This document shows, one piece after another, positions 1 through 10,153 of a stretch of DNA of 64,000 bases (positions are counted from its first letter, which is position 1; each line of letters opens with the position of its first letter). The position numbers were made by a program, and so were the translations under genes. The notes under the pieces were generated by a model. It did not search any database. It saw nothing but the letters and a program-made list of their open reading frames with translations, and was not told the origin of the DNA. Origin of the DNA: Terriglobia bacterium. Its GTDB lineage: Bacteria; Acidobacteriota; Terriglobia; Acidiferrales; UBA7541. The stretch spans positions 1,984,001 to 2,048,000 of the forward strand of contig OY968796.1 in assembly GCA_963695545.1 (NCBI GenBank), given 5' to 3'.

Positions 1-1505
1 AAACCATCATCGGTTTCCGCGGCGATGAGCCCGACTACTCCATCGGCGGCATTCCGTGGACGCCCGCGTTCTTCGATCGCTTCCAGCAGATCAAGGGTTA
101 CGACGTGCGTCCCTACGTCGCAGGTTTTTTCGCGCCCAACATGACCGACGAGCAAAAGCGCGTGAAAGCCGACTATTGGGATGTTTTTTCGCTGATGTTC
201 GCCTCGGCATTTTTTAAGCAGCAGGGCGATTGGTGCGCCGCCAACGGACTGGCCTATCAAGTGCACATCAATCATGAAGAGTTGGAAATGCAGCTGGTGC
301 GCAGCGAAGGCGATTTCTTCCGCGACATGCGCTACGTGCAAGTCCCCGGCATCGACGCGATCTGGCACCAGATCTGGACCGACACGATCTCGGATTATCC
401 GCGCCTCGCGTCTTCCGCCGCGCATTTGAACGGCTGGCAGAGAGCTTTCGTCGAAACTTTCGCGGCGTATCGCCCTATTCCCAACGTCGATCAGGCGCGC
501 TACGTCCTAAATGAAGAGATGGTTCGCGGAGTCAATCAAGTCGAAATTATGTTTTTTCCCGCCAGCAGCGCCGTTTCGCTGAACGGGAACACGCCGAACA
601 CCGGCGCGGGCAAACCCTCCGCGTTCATGAACGAGCCCGGTTTCCCCGACCTGATGCAGTACGTGCGCCGGCTAAGTTATCTGATGTCCATGGGACGGCC
701 CGCCGCGTCCGTCGCGCTCTATATTCCTTCGAGTTCGATGTGGCTTGGCGATGCAGCCGCCGATCGCGCCTTCGTTTCCACCGAACGGCTGCTCTCCGAA
801 CATCAGATCGATTTCGATATCGTAAGCGAAGACGCACTCGCCACGGAACTCATTCCCGGCAACGGCACTCTGACAACGCTCAGCGGAAACACGTATCGCA
901 CGGTTATTCTCCCCGGCGAATCGCTTCTGTCGCAAGCCGCTCTCGATCGCCTGCACACCTTCGCCGCCGGCGGCGGCCGCGTTCTGTTTCTCGATCACAC
1001 GCCAAGCCTGATCTCCGGCCGAACGATTCGCGATGCGCGCGCCGCCACTCCCGCCGATTTTTCCTGGGCGCCCACTTTCCAATGGTGCGCGACCAAACCC
1101 TCTGACTTCTCTTGGCTCACCGACGAGGTGTGCCCCGAGCTTTCCCTGACGCCAACGCCCGGACAGTTTGCCCCTCCCGCCCCGCCGGCTCCACAGGACG
1201 TCCCTCCCACGTTTGTGGCCGCCCTCAGCGTCGTTACGCCACGCGATCTCGCACTCGACACGCCCGACACCTCTCTCCGCTACATGAAGCGCCAGCTCAA
1301 AGACGCCGCCGTGTATTTGTTCTTCAACGAAAGCGATCACGCTTTCTCCCGTCCCGTCACATTGATATGCAAAGGCAAGAGAACCGAAGTGTGGGACCCA
1401 CAAACCGCAAACATTCAGCCGATGCATTCGACGAGAGCGAAGAATTCCCTAAAGATCGACTTGGCGCTGCAGCCCTACGAAACGCGAGTCGTCGTGGTCC
1501 GCTAA
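1..1505 (+). CDS. Glycoside hydrolase, GH106/alpha-L-rhamnosidase-like (5' partial)
   Basis: Frame is open from the window start (TIIGFRGDEPDYS...). Motifs VPGIDAIW, SSAAHL.G...AFVETFAAY and C-terminal YLFFNE...WDP resemble the GH106 family. Confidence 0.65.
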   Translation, partial: TIIGFRGDEPDYSIGGIPWTPAFFDRFQQIKGYDVRPYVAGFFAPNMTDEQKRVKADYWDVFSLMFASAFFKQQGDWCAANGLAYQVHINHEELEMQLVRSEGDFFRDMRYVQVPGIDAIWHQIWTDTISDYPRLASSAAHLNGWQRAFVETFAAYRPIPNVDQARYVLNEEMVRGVNQVEIMFFPASSAVSLNGNTPNTGAGKPSAFMNEPGFPDLMQYVRRLSYLMSMGRPAASVALYIPSSSMWLGDAAADRAFVSTERLLSEHQIDFDIVSEDALATELIPGNGTLTTLSGNTYRTVILPGESLLSQAALDRLHTFAAGGGRVLFLDHTPSLISGRTIRDARAATPADFSWAPTFQWCATKPSDFSWLTDEVCPELSLTPTPGQFAPPAPPAPQDVPPTFVAALSVVTPRDLALDTPDTSLRYMKRQLKDAAVYLFFNESDHAFSRPVTLICKGKRTEVWDPQTANIQPMHSTRAKNSLKIDLALQPYETRVVVVR

Positions 1506-1567
1506 AAAATCCTCGCGAGCGCCTCGCCCTCGCCGAACCAGACGCGTGTGGTATTCTCCGCGCTGCG

Positions 1568-2107
1568 ATGAGCGCTCCATCCGCCACGATCAGGATAAGT
1601 TTTCAACTGAGTCCGCGCGAGTGGTACCGCGCAAACGTCGCCATCGCCACCGTCAATCTCCGCACGCTTCGCATTTTCGCGTGGGTCAGCGTGGCCCTGC
1701 TGCTCGCGTGTGTCGTGGTCAAGGCCGCAGGCACTGGCCGTCCGGCCGCGGCCGCAACGAACCTCTTGCCGCTCTTTGTGATTTTGCCGATCGCCGTGAT
1801 AATCGGAACTTACCTGGCGCCCTACCCCGGTTCGAGATCCGTGTATAAAAACAGCGCAAGCCTGAAGAACACCATCCAATACTCGTTCTCTGGCGACAGC
1901 GTCACCCAGAAATCCGCCGCCGGCCGCTCCGAAGTTCTGTGGACCGCCTATCCCAAAGCGCGGGAAACTCGAGATTGGTTTCTTCTCTACACACAAAAGC
2001 GCTTGGCCCATCCTTTGCCGAAGCGCGCCTTTGCGAACGAAAATGAGATCACGGAATTCCGCGACCTCGTTCGACGCCGCGTAAAAAATGCTTCTCTGCG
2101 CGGTTGA
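1568..2107 (+). CDS. YcxB-like membrane protein
   Basis: ATG at 1568. Two TM helices followed by W..Y.KARETRDWFLLY...PKRAF, a YcxB-type C-terminal motif. Confidence 0.7.
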   Translation: MSAPSATIRISFQLSPREWYRANVAIATVNLRTLRIFAWVSVALLLACVVVKAAGTGRPAAAATNLLPLFVILPIAVIIGTYLAPYPGSRSVYKNSASLKNTIQYSFSGDSVTQKSAAGRSEVLWTAYPKARETRDWFLLYTQKRLAHPLPKRAFANENEITEFRDLVRRRVKNASLRG

Positions 2108-2116
2108 TCGCGCCGG

Positions 2117-3439
2117 TCAGTCGCTCGTCGCCGGAATTTGATCGGACGCTTCGCGCGTCATCATTCCCGAGGCCACCAACAATTCCCGCGCCGATTCGCG
2201 CAGCCCCGGCCAGCGCCGCCAGAACCAGAACGCCCCAAACACGCAGGCGACGCCCCCCAGCGCCACAGCCACAGGCGCGCCAATCCGGTCGGCCGCGGCT
2301 CCCGCGATCAGCGCGCCGAGCGGCGCCATGCCTCCGGTCATCATCGAGTAGAGCGACATCACGCGCCCGCGCAGTCGATCGGGTGCCATGGCTTGCAACA
2401 GCGTGTTCGTCGCCGCCATGTCCACCATCATGAAAAATCCCGATGGCACAAGCACGGCCACCGAAACCCACATCCAGCGCGAAAACGCAAACAGCACGAG
2501 CGATGCGCCGAACCACGCCGCCGACACAAAGACCCAGCGCCCCAGGCCTCTCACGTCCCTCCGCGTCGCCAGCGCCAGCGCGCCGAACAGAGCGCCGACG
2601 CCCGTGGCTCCCATCAGCCACCCGAGCCCTTGCACGCCGCCGTGTAGAATTCTGTCGGCAAAAATCGGCATCAGCACCGTCACCGGCATGGCCACGAAAC
2701 TCACCAGGCCTACCAACAGCAGCAGCGCCCCCACCGGCCCGGTCTGCCGGGCGAATCGAAACCCTTCGATCACGTTTTCGATGGCCGAATCGTTTTCTTC
2801 GAGCGCGGCCGGTTGATCGATGCGCATCAGCGCGAGGCCGACGATCACGGCGATGTAACTCACCGCGTTCGCAAAGAAGCACCAGCCGACTCCCAGCGCG
2901 GCCACCAGAATTCCCGCAATCGCCGGTCCCGCGACGCGCGCGCCGTTGAACATCGAAGAGTTCAGCGCCACGGCGTTCATCAGATCCTCGCGCTCCACCA
3001 TCTCCACCAGAAACGCCTGCCGCGCCGGAATGTCGAACGCGTTCACCACGCCCAGCATCGCCGCCAGCGTGATGATCTCCCAGACCGTCAGACGGCGCGC
3101 CAGCGCTAGGCCGGCCAGCGTGAACGCGACAATCATCGACGCGCTCTGCGTGGCGATCACCACCTTGTGCCGTTTCCAGCGATCGGCCACCAGGCCGCCC
3201 AATGGCGCGAGCAGAAATATCGGGATTCGGCTCGCGAATCCCACCACGCCCAGCAGCAGCGACGATCCCGTCAGCCGGTAGACCAGCCAGGCCTCCGCGA
3301 TCGTCTGCATCCACGTGCCGATCAGCGATATGAATTGCCCGCCGAAGAACAGCTGGAAATTGCGGTGACGCAACGCGCGGAAGGTCGTTTTGCTCCAGTG
3401 AGGTTGCTTGGCCGCTTGCGATTGGGAACTGTCGTTCAT
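2117..3439 (-). CDS. MFS transporter (MFS_3/EntS-like)
   Basis: About 12 TM segments; FRALRHRNFQLFF, GGLVADRW, PARQA and LRGRVMS motifs. Confidence 0.9.
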   Translation of the reverse strand: MNDSSQSQAAKQPHWSKTTFRALRHRNFQLFFGGQFISLIGTWMQTIAEAWLVYRLTGSSLLLGVVGFASRIPIFLLAPLGGLVADRWKRHKVVIATQSASMIVAFTLAGLALARRLTVWEIITLAAMLGVVNAFDIPARQAFLVEMVEREDLMNAVALNSSMFNGARVAGPAIAGILVAALGVGWCFFANAVSYIAVIVGLALMRIDQPAALEENDSAIENVIEGFRFARQTGPVGALLLLVGLVSFVAMPVTVLMPIFADRILHGGVQGLGWLMGATGVGALFGALALATRRDVRGLGRWVFVSAAWFGASLVLFAFSRWMWVSVAVLVPSGFFMMVDMAATNTLLQAMAPDRLRGRVMSLYSMMTGGMAPLGALIAGAAADRIGAPVAVALGGVACVFGAFWFWRRWPGLRESARELLVASGMMTREASDQIPATSD

Positions 3440-3587
3440 CTTCGATGGATGTCTATATTCTAGCGCAGCCGGCCTTCTCCGTGCCGCACGCGAAATCGCG
3501 CGTTGCGAAAACCAAACGCGAAGCGCAGTGGGGCGGCGGATTGTCGGTGCGTTCTTAGATGCTGTTTTGCGGAATGCTTTCGAGCCG

Positions 3588-4310
3588 TCAGGCCTGCAGC
3601 TTCTGCCGCTTGCTCGCTTCGCGCAGCCGGAACCAGATTCCCGGCACCAGGCTCAGGTAGAAAACCGCCCAGTAAATTTTCATGTTGAATGTGAATGCGT
3701 AAAGGAGTCCTCCCAGCGCGATGGCCCAGTGAAACACTTCTCCCAAAATTCCATTCAGCCAGTGCGCCTTGTTTCCTGCCGCAGGAACCCGCGGAAAGAT
3801 CGAATACCACAAGCGCGGCGCGCGCGCGCAATAGGCGCGGTAAGTTTCTCCCTGCGTCGCGGAAAGTTCCGCTTCTTCTCGCAGAATCAATCGGTAATGA
3901 AACACCACGATGGCCATGAACAGGAAAACGAAGCCCGCGCGGCTCGCCACCAATCCCACCCCCACGGCCATCAATATATTTCCGAGATAAAGCGGATTGC
4001 GCACATGGCGAAAAGGCCCGTCGGCCAGTAGGCGATCCGTCACTACCGTCCGCGATTGCATCACCGCGGTTTGCAAATACGCCGTGCCCCAGCTGCGCAG
4101 CGCCGCCGAAATCACCAGCACCGCCGCCGCGAACACAAACACGGCGCGGGTCCACGCGAAAAGGCTCATCTGCGGAAAATGCAGCGCCAGCAATTGAGCC
4201 ACCCACTCGCCCGCCTGTACGTGGTCCAGCCAGTAGAATTCAAAGCCGATCAGGAAAATCGAGATGATGAACCAGCGGCGATTCCGAAATTCAAACAGCG
4301 TGGCCTTCAT
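3588..4310 (-). CDS. Isoprenylcysteine carboxyl methyltransferase/PEMT-family membrane protein
   Basis: GPFRHVRNPLYLG and EE..L....G..Y..Y motifs. Confidence 0.85.
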   Translation of the reverse strand: MKATLFEFRNRRWFIISIFLIGFEFYWLDHVQAGEWVAQLLALHFPQMSLFAWTRAVFVFAAAVLVISAALRSWGTAYLQTAVMQSRTVVTDRLLADGPFRHVRNPLYLGNILMAVGVGLVASRAGFVFLFMAIVVFHYRLILREEAELSATQGETYRAYCARAPRLWYSIFPRVPAAGNKAHWLNGILGEVFHWAIALGGLLYAFTFNMKIYWAVFYLSLVPGIWFRLREASKRQKLQA

Positions 4311-4408
4311 CGAATCTCCGTCGGCCTCTGCCGTCGCGTCGCGCTTTTAGCCGCGCGCGGCCGCAAGCGCGTGCTCTTCTTGAATTACGCAAGGGAATCA
4401 ATCGAAGT

Positions 4409-5572
4409 TCAATCGGTGAAGACGATGCCTACCGCGGTTTCATCCTTGTTGCGCGCCGGCTCGATGCGCACCACGGTGCCGCGCAGCCGCATCGGCGCGT
4501 TGCCGGAATCCCCGCCGCCGGGGCTGTCGATCAAAACCTGCAATTCCGATTGCAGCTTGGGGCTGTGCGCCAAATTCACCAGCGCTCCGTGCAAACTGAG
4601 ATCGCGAATCACAGTTTCTTCCTCAAAAGCTTTTCCTTCGCCGGTAAACCCCGTGATCCGCGCGCGGAAGTGCGCTTCGCGCCGCAGTCCTTCGGCCACG
4701 TTCGGAATCACCACGCCGAATTCTTTTTGCCCAACCGTGAGCACCATTCCTTCCGTCGCCGCCCACACGTTCGCAAAACTCCCGCGCGCCGCGCGCAAAA
4801 TCGCGTCGATGGCTTTGTCGGACGAATCCGGGTCGTGGTGAAAAAGCACCAAGTTGCGCACGCCGGCCTCTTCCGCAATACGCACGCCTTCGAGCCAGCT
4901 CGAATGTCCCCATCCCTTGCGCGTCGAGGCCAGTTGTTCGGGCGTGAATTGCGCGTCGTTCACGAACACGTCCGCGCCGGCGGCCAGCTCGCGAAGGTTG
5001 CGGTCCAGCTTCGCGTCGCCCGGCTCGTTGTCCGTCGCATAAACGATCGTGCCCGCCGGCGTCTCGAACCGAAATCCCAGGCAGCCCTGCGGATGATTCA
5101 GCCAGCACGCCGTCACGCGCGTGCCTTTCACATCGAGCGTTTCGCCGCCGCCCACTTCCGTAAATTCGCGCCCCGCCGACATGGCGCTCAAATCCACCGG
5201 AAAATATGGATGCGCCATCTGCGCTTCAAAAACGCGCTTCAAACTATCGCGCCCCAGGAATTCCGAGCGGAAACTGTAAAAATGGAACCGATTCTGCGGC
5301 GCGTAGAGCGGCGAAAAAAATGGCAACCCTTGAATGTGGTCCCAGTGATAGTGCGTGACGAAAATGTGCGCGCGGACCGGATCCTCGCCGCTCGCCCACT
5401 GTTTCCCCAGCATGCGCAGCCCGGTCCCGCAATCCAGAATGAATCGCGTGCCGTCCGGCGCGGTCAGCTCAAGGCAAGGCGTGTTTCCGCCATAGCGCCA
5501 AGTGTCGCGGTCCACGGTCGGCGTCGAACCGCGCACTCCCCAGAAACTCAGCGTGGCTGCGGATTTGGGCAT
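4409..5572 (-). CDS. MBL-fold metallohydrolase with C-terminal PilZ-like domain
   Basis: WGVRGS, YGGNT, DCGTG, HYHWDH (HxHxDH), GWGHS and FHHDP motifs; C-terminal DLSLHG...GTVVR...VGIVF beta-barrel. Confidence 0.85.
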   Translation of the reverse strand: MPKSAATLSFWGVRGSTPTVDRDTWRYGGNTPCLELTAPDGTRFILDCGTGLRMLGKQWASGEDPVRAHIFVTHYHWDHIQGLPFFSPLYAPQNRFHFYSFRSEFLGRDSLKRVFEAQMAHPYFPVDLSAMSAGREFTEVGGGETLDVKGTRVTACWLNHPQGCLGFRFETPAGTIVYATDNEPGDAKLDRNLRELAAGADVFVNDAQFTPEQLASTRKGWGHSSWLEGVRIAEEAGVRNLVLFHHDPDSSDKAIDAILRAARGSFANVWAATEGMVLTVGQKEFGVVIPNVAEGLRREAHFRARITGFTGEGKAFEEETVIRDLSLHGALVNLAHSPKLQSELQVLIDSPGGGDSGNAPMRLRGTVVRIEPARNKDETAVGIVFTD

Positions 5573-5801
5573 CGAGTCGGGTAGGAGCCCGCTTTCGGCC
5601 GCGGCGAGCGAGCTCGCGAGAGGGTTCGCGGCGGAAAATCGGCACCTTTTGAATCGTAAGCAGCGCCCGAAGTGAAGTCAATTAACATTGCAATCGCGCG
5701 TGCGCAACGCGCATCGCCGCTCCCGCACACGACGTTGCGCCCACGCCTCGCCGCGTTCCGAGATTCGTGCACTTCCGCCCGGGCCTCGCTAGAATGTGCT
5801 C

Positions 5802-6761
5802 ATGCACGTTCACGCTGCCGGCGAACGCCACGCTCAGGGTCACACTCATGCCCATGCGCATGATGCAGCCTCCATGAGCCGCGGCCTGCTCGTCGGCGCG
5901 ATCACTTCGACGCTCGCGCTGATTGCGCTTGAAATAGTTGGCGGCACGCTCGGCCACTCGATCGCGCTCGTCAGCGACGCCGTTCACAACCTCGCCGACG
6001 TCCCCATGCTTTTCATTTCCTGGCTCGCCGCGCGCCTGGCTGAGCTGCCCGCTGATTCGCATCGCACCTTCGGTTATCGCCGCGCCGGAATTTTGGGCGC
6101 GTTCACCAACGGAGTTTTGCTCATTCTTGTGGCTGCGGGCTTGCTCTACGAGGTGTACCAGCGATTTCTGCATCCCGCCGCCGTCGGCGCCGGCTGGATG
6201 ATCGGCGTTTCGCTTGTCGCGCTCGCGGTCAATGGCGGCATCACGCTTGCGCTCGTCCGCGGCCGCCGCGATCTCAATCTGCGCAGCATCTACATCCACA
6301 ATTTGGGCGACTCGCTCTCAAACATCGGCGTGCTCATCGGCGCGGTGATTCTGCATTACACCCGCGCCGCCTGGATCGATCCCGCCATCGCCGCCATCAT
6401 CGGCCTTCTCGTGCTCTGGTCCACGATCGGTATTCTGCGCGAATCCGGCAACATTCTTCTTGAAGGTTTGCCCGCGGGCCTCGAGGTCGAGCGCGTCGCC
6501 CGTTCCATCCTGAAAGTCCCCGGCGTCCGCGAGGTCCACGACATTCATATCTGGACGCTCGGCACCGACATGCACGCTCTCTCCTGCCACGTCCGCGTCC
6601 CCGACATGCACATGGACGAAAGCGAAAAAATCGTCACCGCCATCTGCAAGCAGCTCGATTCCGAATTCCACATCTCCCACATCACCGTGCAAGTCGAACG
6701 CGCCGGCCTCCCCGCCGACGCCGGCTACTTCATGCCAGAACCCTTCGAGAGCGCGAAGTAA
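5802..6761 (+). CDS. Cation diffusion facilitator (CzcD/ZitB-like Zn/Co/Cd exporter)
   Basis: His-rich N-terminus; SDAVHNLAD, TFGY.R, HNLGD and VHDIHIW motifs. Confidence 0.92.
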   Translation: MHVHAAGERHAQGHTHAHAHDAASMSRGLLVGAITSTLALIALEIVGGTLGHSIALVSDAVHNLADVPMLFISWLAARLAELPADSHRTFGYRRAGILGAFTNGVLLILVAAGLLYEVYQRFLHPAAVGAGWMIGVSLVALAVNGGITLALVRGRRDLNLRSIYIHNLGDSLSNIGVLIGAVILHYTRAAWIDPAIAAIIGLLVLWSTIGILRESGNILLEGLPAGLEVERVARSILKVPGVREVHDIHIWTLGTDMHALSCHVRVPDMHMDESEKIVTAICKQLDSEFHISHITVQVERAGLPADAGYFMPEPFESAK

Positions 6762-6827
6762 CTCGCCTCTGCACAGCTCGGCTTGGCTCCCCATACGATG
6801 TTCGGCGCCAGGAGGCGAAGAGGAACG

Positions 6828-7013
6828 ATGAGAGCGACGCTGAATATCATCGCTGTTCTTATGGTTCTAGGGGGCGCCGTGTGGTTCCTGCAAGGAATCA
6901 ACGTGATACCCGGCAGTTTCATGACCGGACAGACTCGCTGGGCCATCTACGGCGGCATCGCCGTCGCAGCAGGCATCGTTCTATTTCTGTTGGCTAATCG
7001 GCCGCGAAAATAA
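6828..7013 (+). CDS. Small two-TM membrane protein
   Basis: AGGA upstream of the ATG; W.LQG....PGSFM.G...W motif between two hydrophobic helices. Confidence 0.7.
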   Translation: MRATLNIIAVLMVLGGAVWFLQGINVIPGSFMTGQTRWAIYGGIAVAAGIVLFLLANRPRK

Positions 7014-7044
7014 TCGTGATCAAGAAAATACCCATCACTGTGGC

Positions 7045-7728
7045 TCAATACACGTACGGAATAAATTTCCTCGTATGCGCGGCGTAGGTATCAAATTGGC
7101 CGCCGTATTTTTTCTTCAGGTATCTGTCGAGCATCGGGATGTTTGCAAATACGAATCCGAACGCCATGAGCGCGGGAATTGCGAGCCCCCAGAGTGACCC
7201 GGCGATCAGCGCGTATCCCAGGAATAGAAGTTCATCTCCGAAATAATTGATGTGCCGGGAATAGCGGAAAAGCCCTCCGGTGTACAGCCGGCCTTTGTTG
7301 CCGGGATTTTCCTTCCATCGATAGCGCAAGTATTCCGATCCAGTATTGAAGTACGAACCCAGAACATACAAAAGAATGCCCGCGACCTGACCCCATCCGA
7401 ACGGTTTCGCGTTCGTGCGTCCGAAAAAAGCAAACAGCGCATGGATGAAGACAACCCACACGCCTATGCCCAACGCCTCGCCGTAACCGACCTTGCGCTT
7501 ATACAAATGCAGAGTGCCGTAGCATATCCTCGCGAAATAGATCGCTGCGCATGCGAATACCAGCGCGCGCGTCAAGATGTGATCGGGTGCGGCGGTTTTG
7601 CCTGTCCACCGAAAAAGGGCCCCAAAACCGGGGCCAAAGAGGATCCATGCTGCGGCGCACACAGCAATCGCGTGAATCACCGTGAGAACGATCTTGGCGC
7701 CGAGCGACCTGTCATATTCACCATACAT
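7045..7728 (-). CDS. DUF1295/steroid 5-alpha-reductase-family membrane protein
   Basis: GLFRYSRHINYFGD and Y...T.KFIPY motifs; visibly lower GC than its neighbours. Confidence 0.8.
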   Translation of the reverse strand: MYGEYDRSLGAKIVLTVIHAIAVCAAAWILFGPGFGALFRWTGKTAAPDHILTRALVFACAAIYFARICYGTLHLYKRKVGYGEALGIGVWVVFIHALFAFFGRTNAKPFGWGQVAGILLYVLGSYFNTGSEYLRYRWKENPGNKGRLYTGGLFRYSRHINYFGDELLFLGYALIAGSLWGLAIPALMAFGFVFANIPMLDRYLKKKYGGQFDTYAAHTRKFIPYVY

Positions 7729-7923
7729 GTAGCGATCATAATACTGCCGGGTACACGGTCGATGTGAGAGACGTGCCCGACTCTCAATCACGGCATTTCA
7801 CACTGGTTGATAGACTCAGTCGGCCGACATTTTCCCATTTTGAGATTGTCCCGCCACGCGCATTGGCCGACGCGGCGGCAACTGTTACAATTCTCAATTC
7901 GATTGATCTTGCCGAGGCTGCTG

Positions 7924-9255
7924 ATGGCTCGCATCTTTCCGTTCCAGGCGTATCGCTACAATCCGGGGCGCGTCAAGCTTGAAGACGTCGCCACGCAGCC
8001 CTACGACAAGATTTCCCCGGCCATGCAGGAGCGCTATTACGCCTCAAATCCCTACAATTTGATTTCGGTGGAGAAGGGCAAGGCGCGGCCCGATGATTCG
8101 CCGTCAGACAACGTGTACACACGCGCCGCGCAAACGCTCGAAGAATGGATCGCGGCAGGCGTGCTGCTTCGCGATCCCGTTGCTTCTCTCTACGCCTACA
8201 TCCAGAAATATACGGCGCCCGGCGAAACAACAGAACGCACGCGCAAAGGGCTGATCGCCATCGGTCAGATTGAAGATTATTCCGCCGGCGTGATTTTTCG
8301 CCACGAGCAGACGCTCTCCGGCCCCAAAGCCGATCGCCTCGAATTGTTGCGCCACACCAAAACGCACACCGGCCAGCTCTTCATGCTTTACACCGATCCC
8401 GCGCTCCGTGTGGAGGCGCAGCTCGACCGAATCTCCGCGCTTCCGCCCACGGCCGAAGCGCGCGACGACCTCGGCGTGCTGCACCAACTCTGGGCCATCA
8501 CCGATCCCGCCGTGATTCCATCGATCCAAAGCGATCTCGCCGATAAAAAACTCGCGATCGCCGACGGTCACCATCGCTACGAAACCGCGCTCGCCTATCG
8601 CGATGAATGCCGCGCACGAACCGGAAGCACCGATCGATCTGTGCCGTATGAACGCGTGATGATGACGCTATTCAACACGGCCGGCGAAGGGCTGATCGTT
8701 CTGCCGACGCATCGCGTGGTTTCCCACTTGCCCGATTTTTCTTTCGACCGCTTTCGCGAGCGCGTGCAGGCTCAATTCGATTGCCGATCGTATTCTTTCG
8801 CTGGTAGCGCGGCGCGCGCCGCGGCCTGGGGAATTTTCCGCAGTCACCTCGCGCAGTCGGTTGGCGAGCGGCCCGGCATCGGCGTGTACGCCGGCGGCGA
8901 CGCCTTCCATCTGTTCACGCTGCGCGCCGATGCGAATCTTGACGCGCTGTTGCCGGACGTCTCCGCCGCGCAGCGGCGCCTCGACGTCGTGCTTCTGCAC
9001 AGATTGCTGATCGAGCGCGGCTTGGGAATCACCGCCGAAGCCGTTAAAGGCGAGCGCAATCTAACTTACGAGCGGGAAATGGAAGCGGCCATCGCCGATG
9101 TGGATCGCGGCGACGCCCAACTTTGTTTCTTGCTGAACGCGATTTCCGCCGAGCAGGTCGCGCAAATTGCGTTCGCCGGCGAAGTGCTGCCTCAGAAATC
9201 GACCGACTTCTATCCAAAACTTCTGAGCGGATTGACGCTCTATCGTTTGGATTAA
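7924..9255 (+). CDS. DUF1015 family protein
   Basis: PYDKIS, HEQT, IADGHHRYETA, PTHR and PQKSTDFYPK motifs. Confidence 0.9.
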   Translation: MARIFPFQAYRYNPGRVKLEDVATQPYDKISPAMQERYYASNPYNLISVEKGKARPDDSPSDNVYTRAAQTLEEWIAAGVLLRDPVASLYAYIQKYTAPGETTERTRKGLIAIGQIEDYSAGVIFRHEQTLSGPKADRLELLRHTKTHTGQLFMLYTDPALRVEAQLDRISALPPTAEARDDLGVLHQLWAITDPAVIPSIQSDLADKKLAIADGHHRYETALAYRDECRARTGSTDRSVPYERVMMTLFNTAGEGLIVLPTHRVVSHLPDFSFDRFRERVQAQFDCRSYSFAGSAARAAAWGIFRSHLAQSVGERPGIGVYAGGDAFHLFTLRADANLDALLPDVSAAQRRLDVVLLHRLLIERGLGITAEAVKGERNLTYEREMEAAIADVDRGDAQLCFLLNAISAEQVAQIAFAGEVLPQKSTDFYPKLLSGLTLYRLD

Positions 9256-9340
9256 ACCGCTGGAATAATCGGCGAGCGAAAAATAATTCGCGGCCAGGCC
9301 GCTGCGGCTCGGCCCGGCCGCGAATTGAAATTCCAAGCGG

Positions 9341-9685
9341 CTACCTGAAGCTCGCGATGGCCGCGGTCTCCGTGTCGTGCACTTCAAAAACGGTGAGCAA
9401 TTTCGTCACCTGCAAAACTTCCTGGAATTTCGCTCCGAGGTTCGAGAGGCGCAGCGATGCTCCCTGCGTGCGCGCGCTGTGGTGCGAGGCCACCAGCGTG
9501 CCAAGGCCCGCGCTGTCGATGTAGGTCACGTTCGCCATATTCAGAACTATTTTCTTCTTGCCCGCGGCCAGCAGTCGCTTCACCCCTTCACGCAGCGCGT
9601 TGCTTTCTTCGCCCAGCACGATGCGTCCGTCAAGCGACAATATCGAAATCCCGTTCTCTTCGCGTTCCGTGATTTTCAGGGCCAC
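9341..9685 (-). CDS. STAS-domain anti-sigma-factor antagonist
   Basis: GTG start with GAGGAGG RBS; YIDSAGLGTLV phospho-Ser motif. Confidence 0.92.
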   Translation of the reverse strand: MALKITEREENGISILSLDGRIVLGEESNALREGVKRLLAAGKKKIVLNMANVTYIDSAGLGTLVASHHSARTQGASLRLSNLGAKFQEVLQVTKLLTVFEVHDTETAAIASFR

Positions 9686-9744
9686 AGTACTTCCTCCTCT
9701 TTCAATCCCGCAGGGCGCGCGTTCAAGCCGCGCGGCCGATGGGC

Positions 9745-9972
9745 TCAGTAGAAATCAGAACATGACATGTAATACCCGCATCGCGTGCAGATCATCTTGC
9801 ACCGTTGCGGCTCGAGCTTTGCCGAACACGAAGGACAGAAACTCGCGGGCACTTCATCGCCCAGGCGCGCTCGCTCTCTCGCGCCGGCTCGCCCAGAGTT
9901 CACTCCCGATATTGCTTTGTTTTCGAGCAACGCGAAATCCGTTTCAGCAACGCGCTCCGCGCGGACCGTCAT
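9745..9972 (-). CDS. Small Zn-ribbon protein (start uncertain)
   Basis: CPSC-x7-C-x3[10 protein letters not shown] motif at the C-terminus. Confidence 0.6.
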   Translation of the reverse strand: MTVRAERVAETDFALLENKAISGVNSGRAGARERARLGDEVPASFCPSCSAKLEPQRCKMICTRCGYYMSCSDFY

Positions 9973-10153
9973 GAGCGAGCGGAACGTCGCTTATAACACA
10001 ACCGTATCCGCTCTGGGAAGCGCTTCTCCCCGCATCGCCGCGCCGTCACGTCGCTCGCGATGCTCCGGCGCGTTGCTGGCGGCACGAAGGCACCTTGTTC
10101 GCGCCGCGGCAGGCGCGGCCTCGGCGTGTACAATAGTGGCGAGGTGACGCCCG

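Noticed and set aside
9975..10153. preQ1 riboswitch upstream of queF
   Set aside because: No AGAGGTTCTAG-like stem-loop or A-rich tail is visible; the leader after TACAAT is very short.
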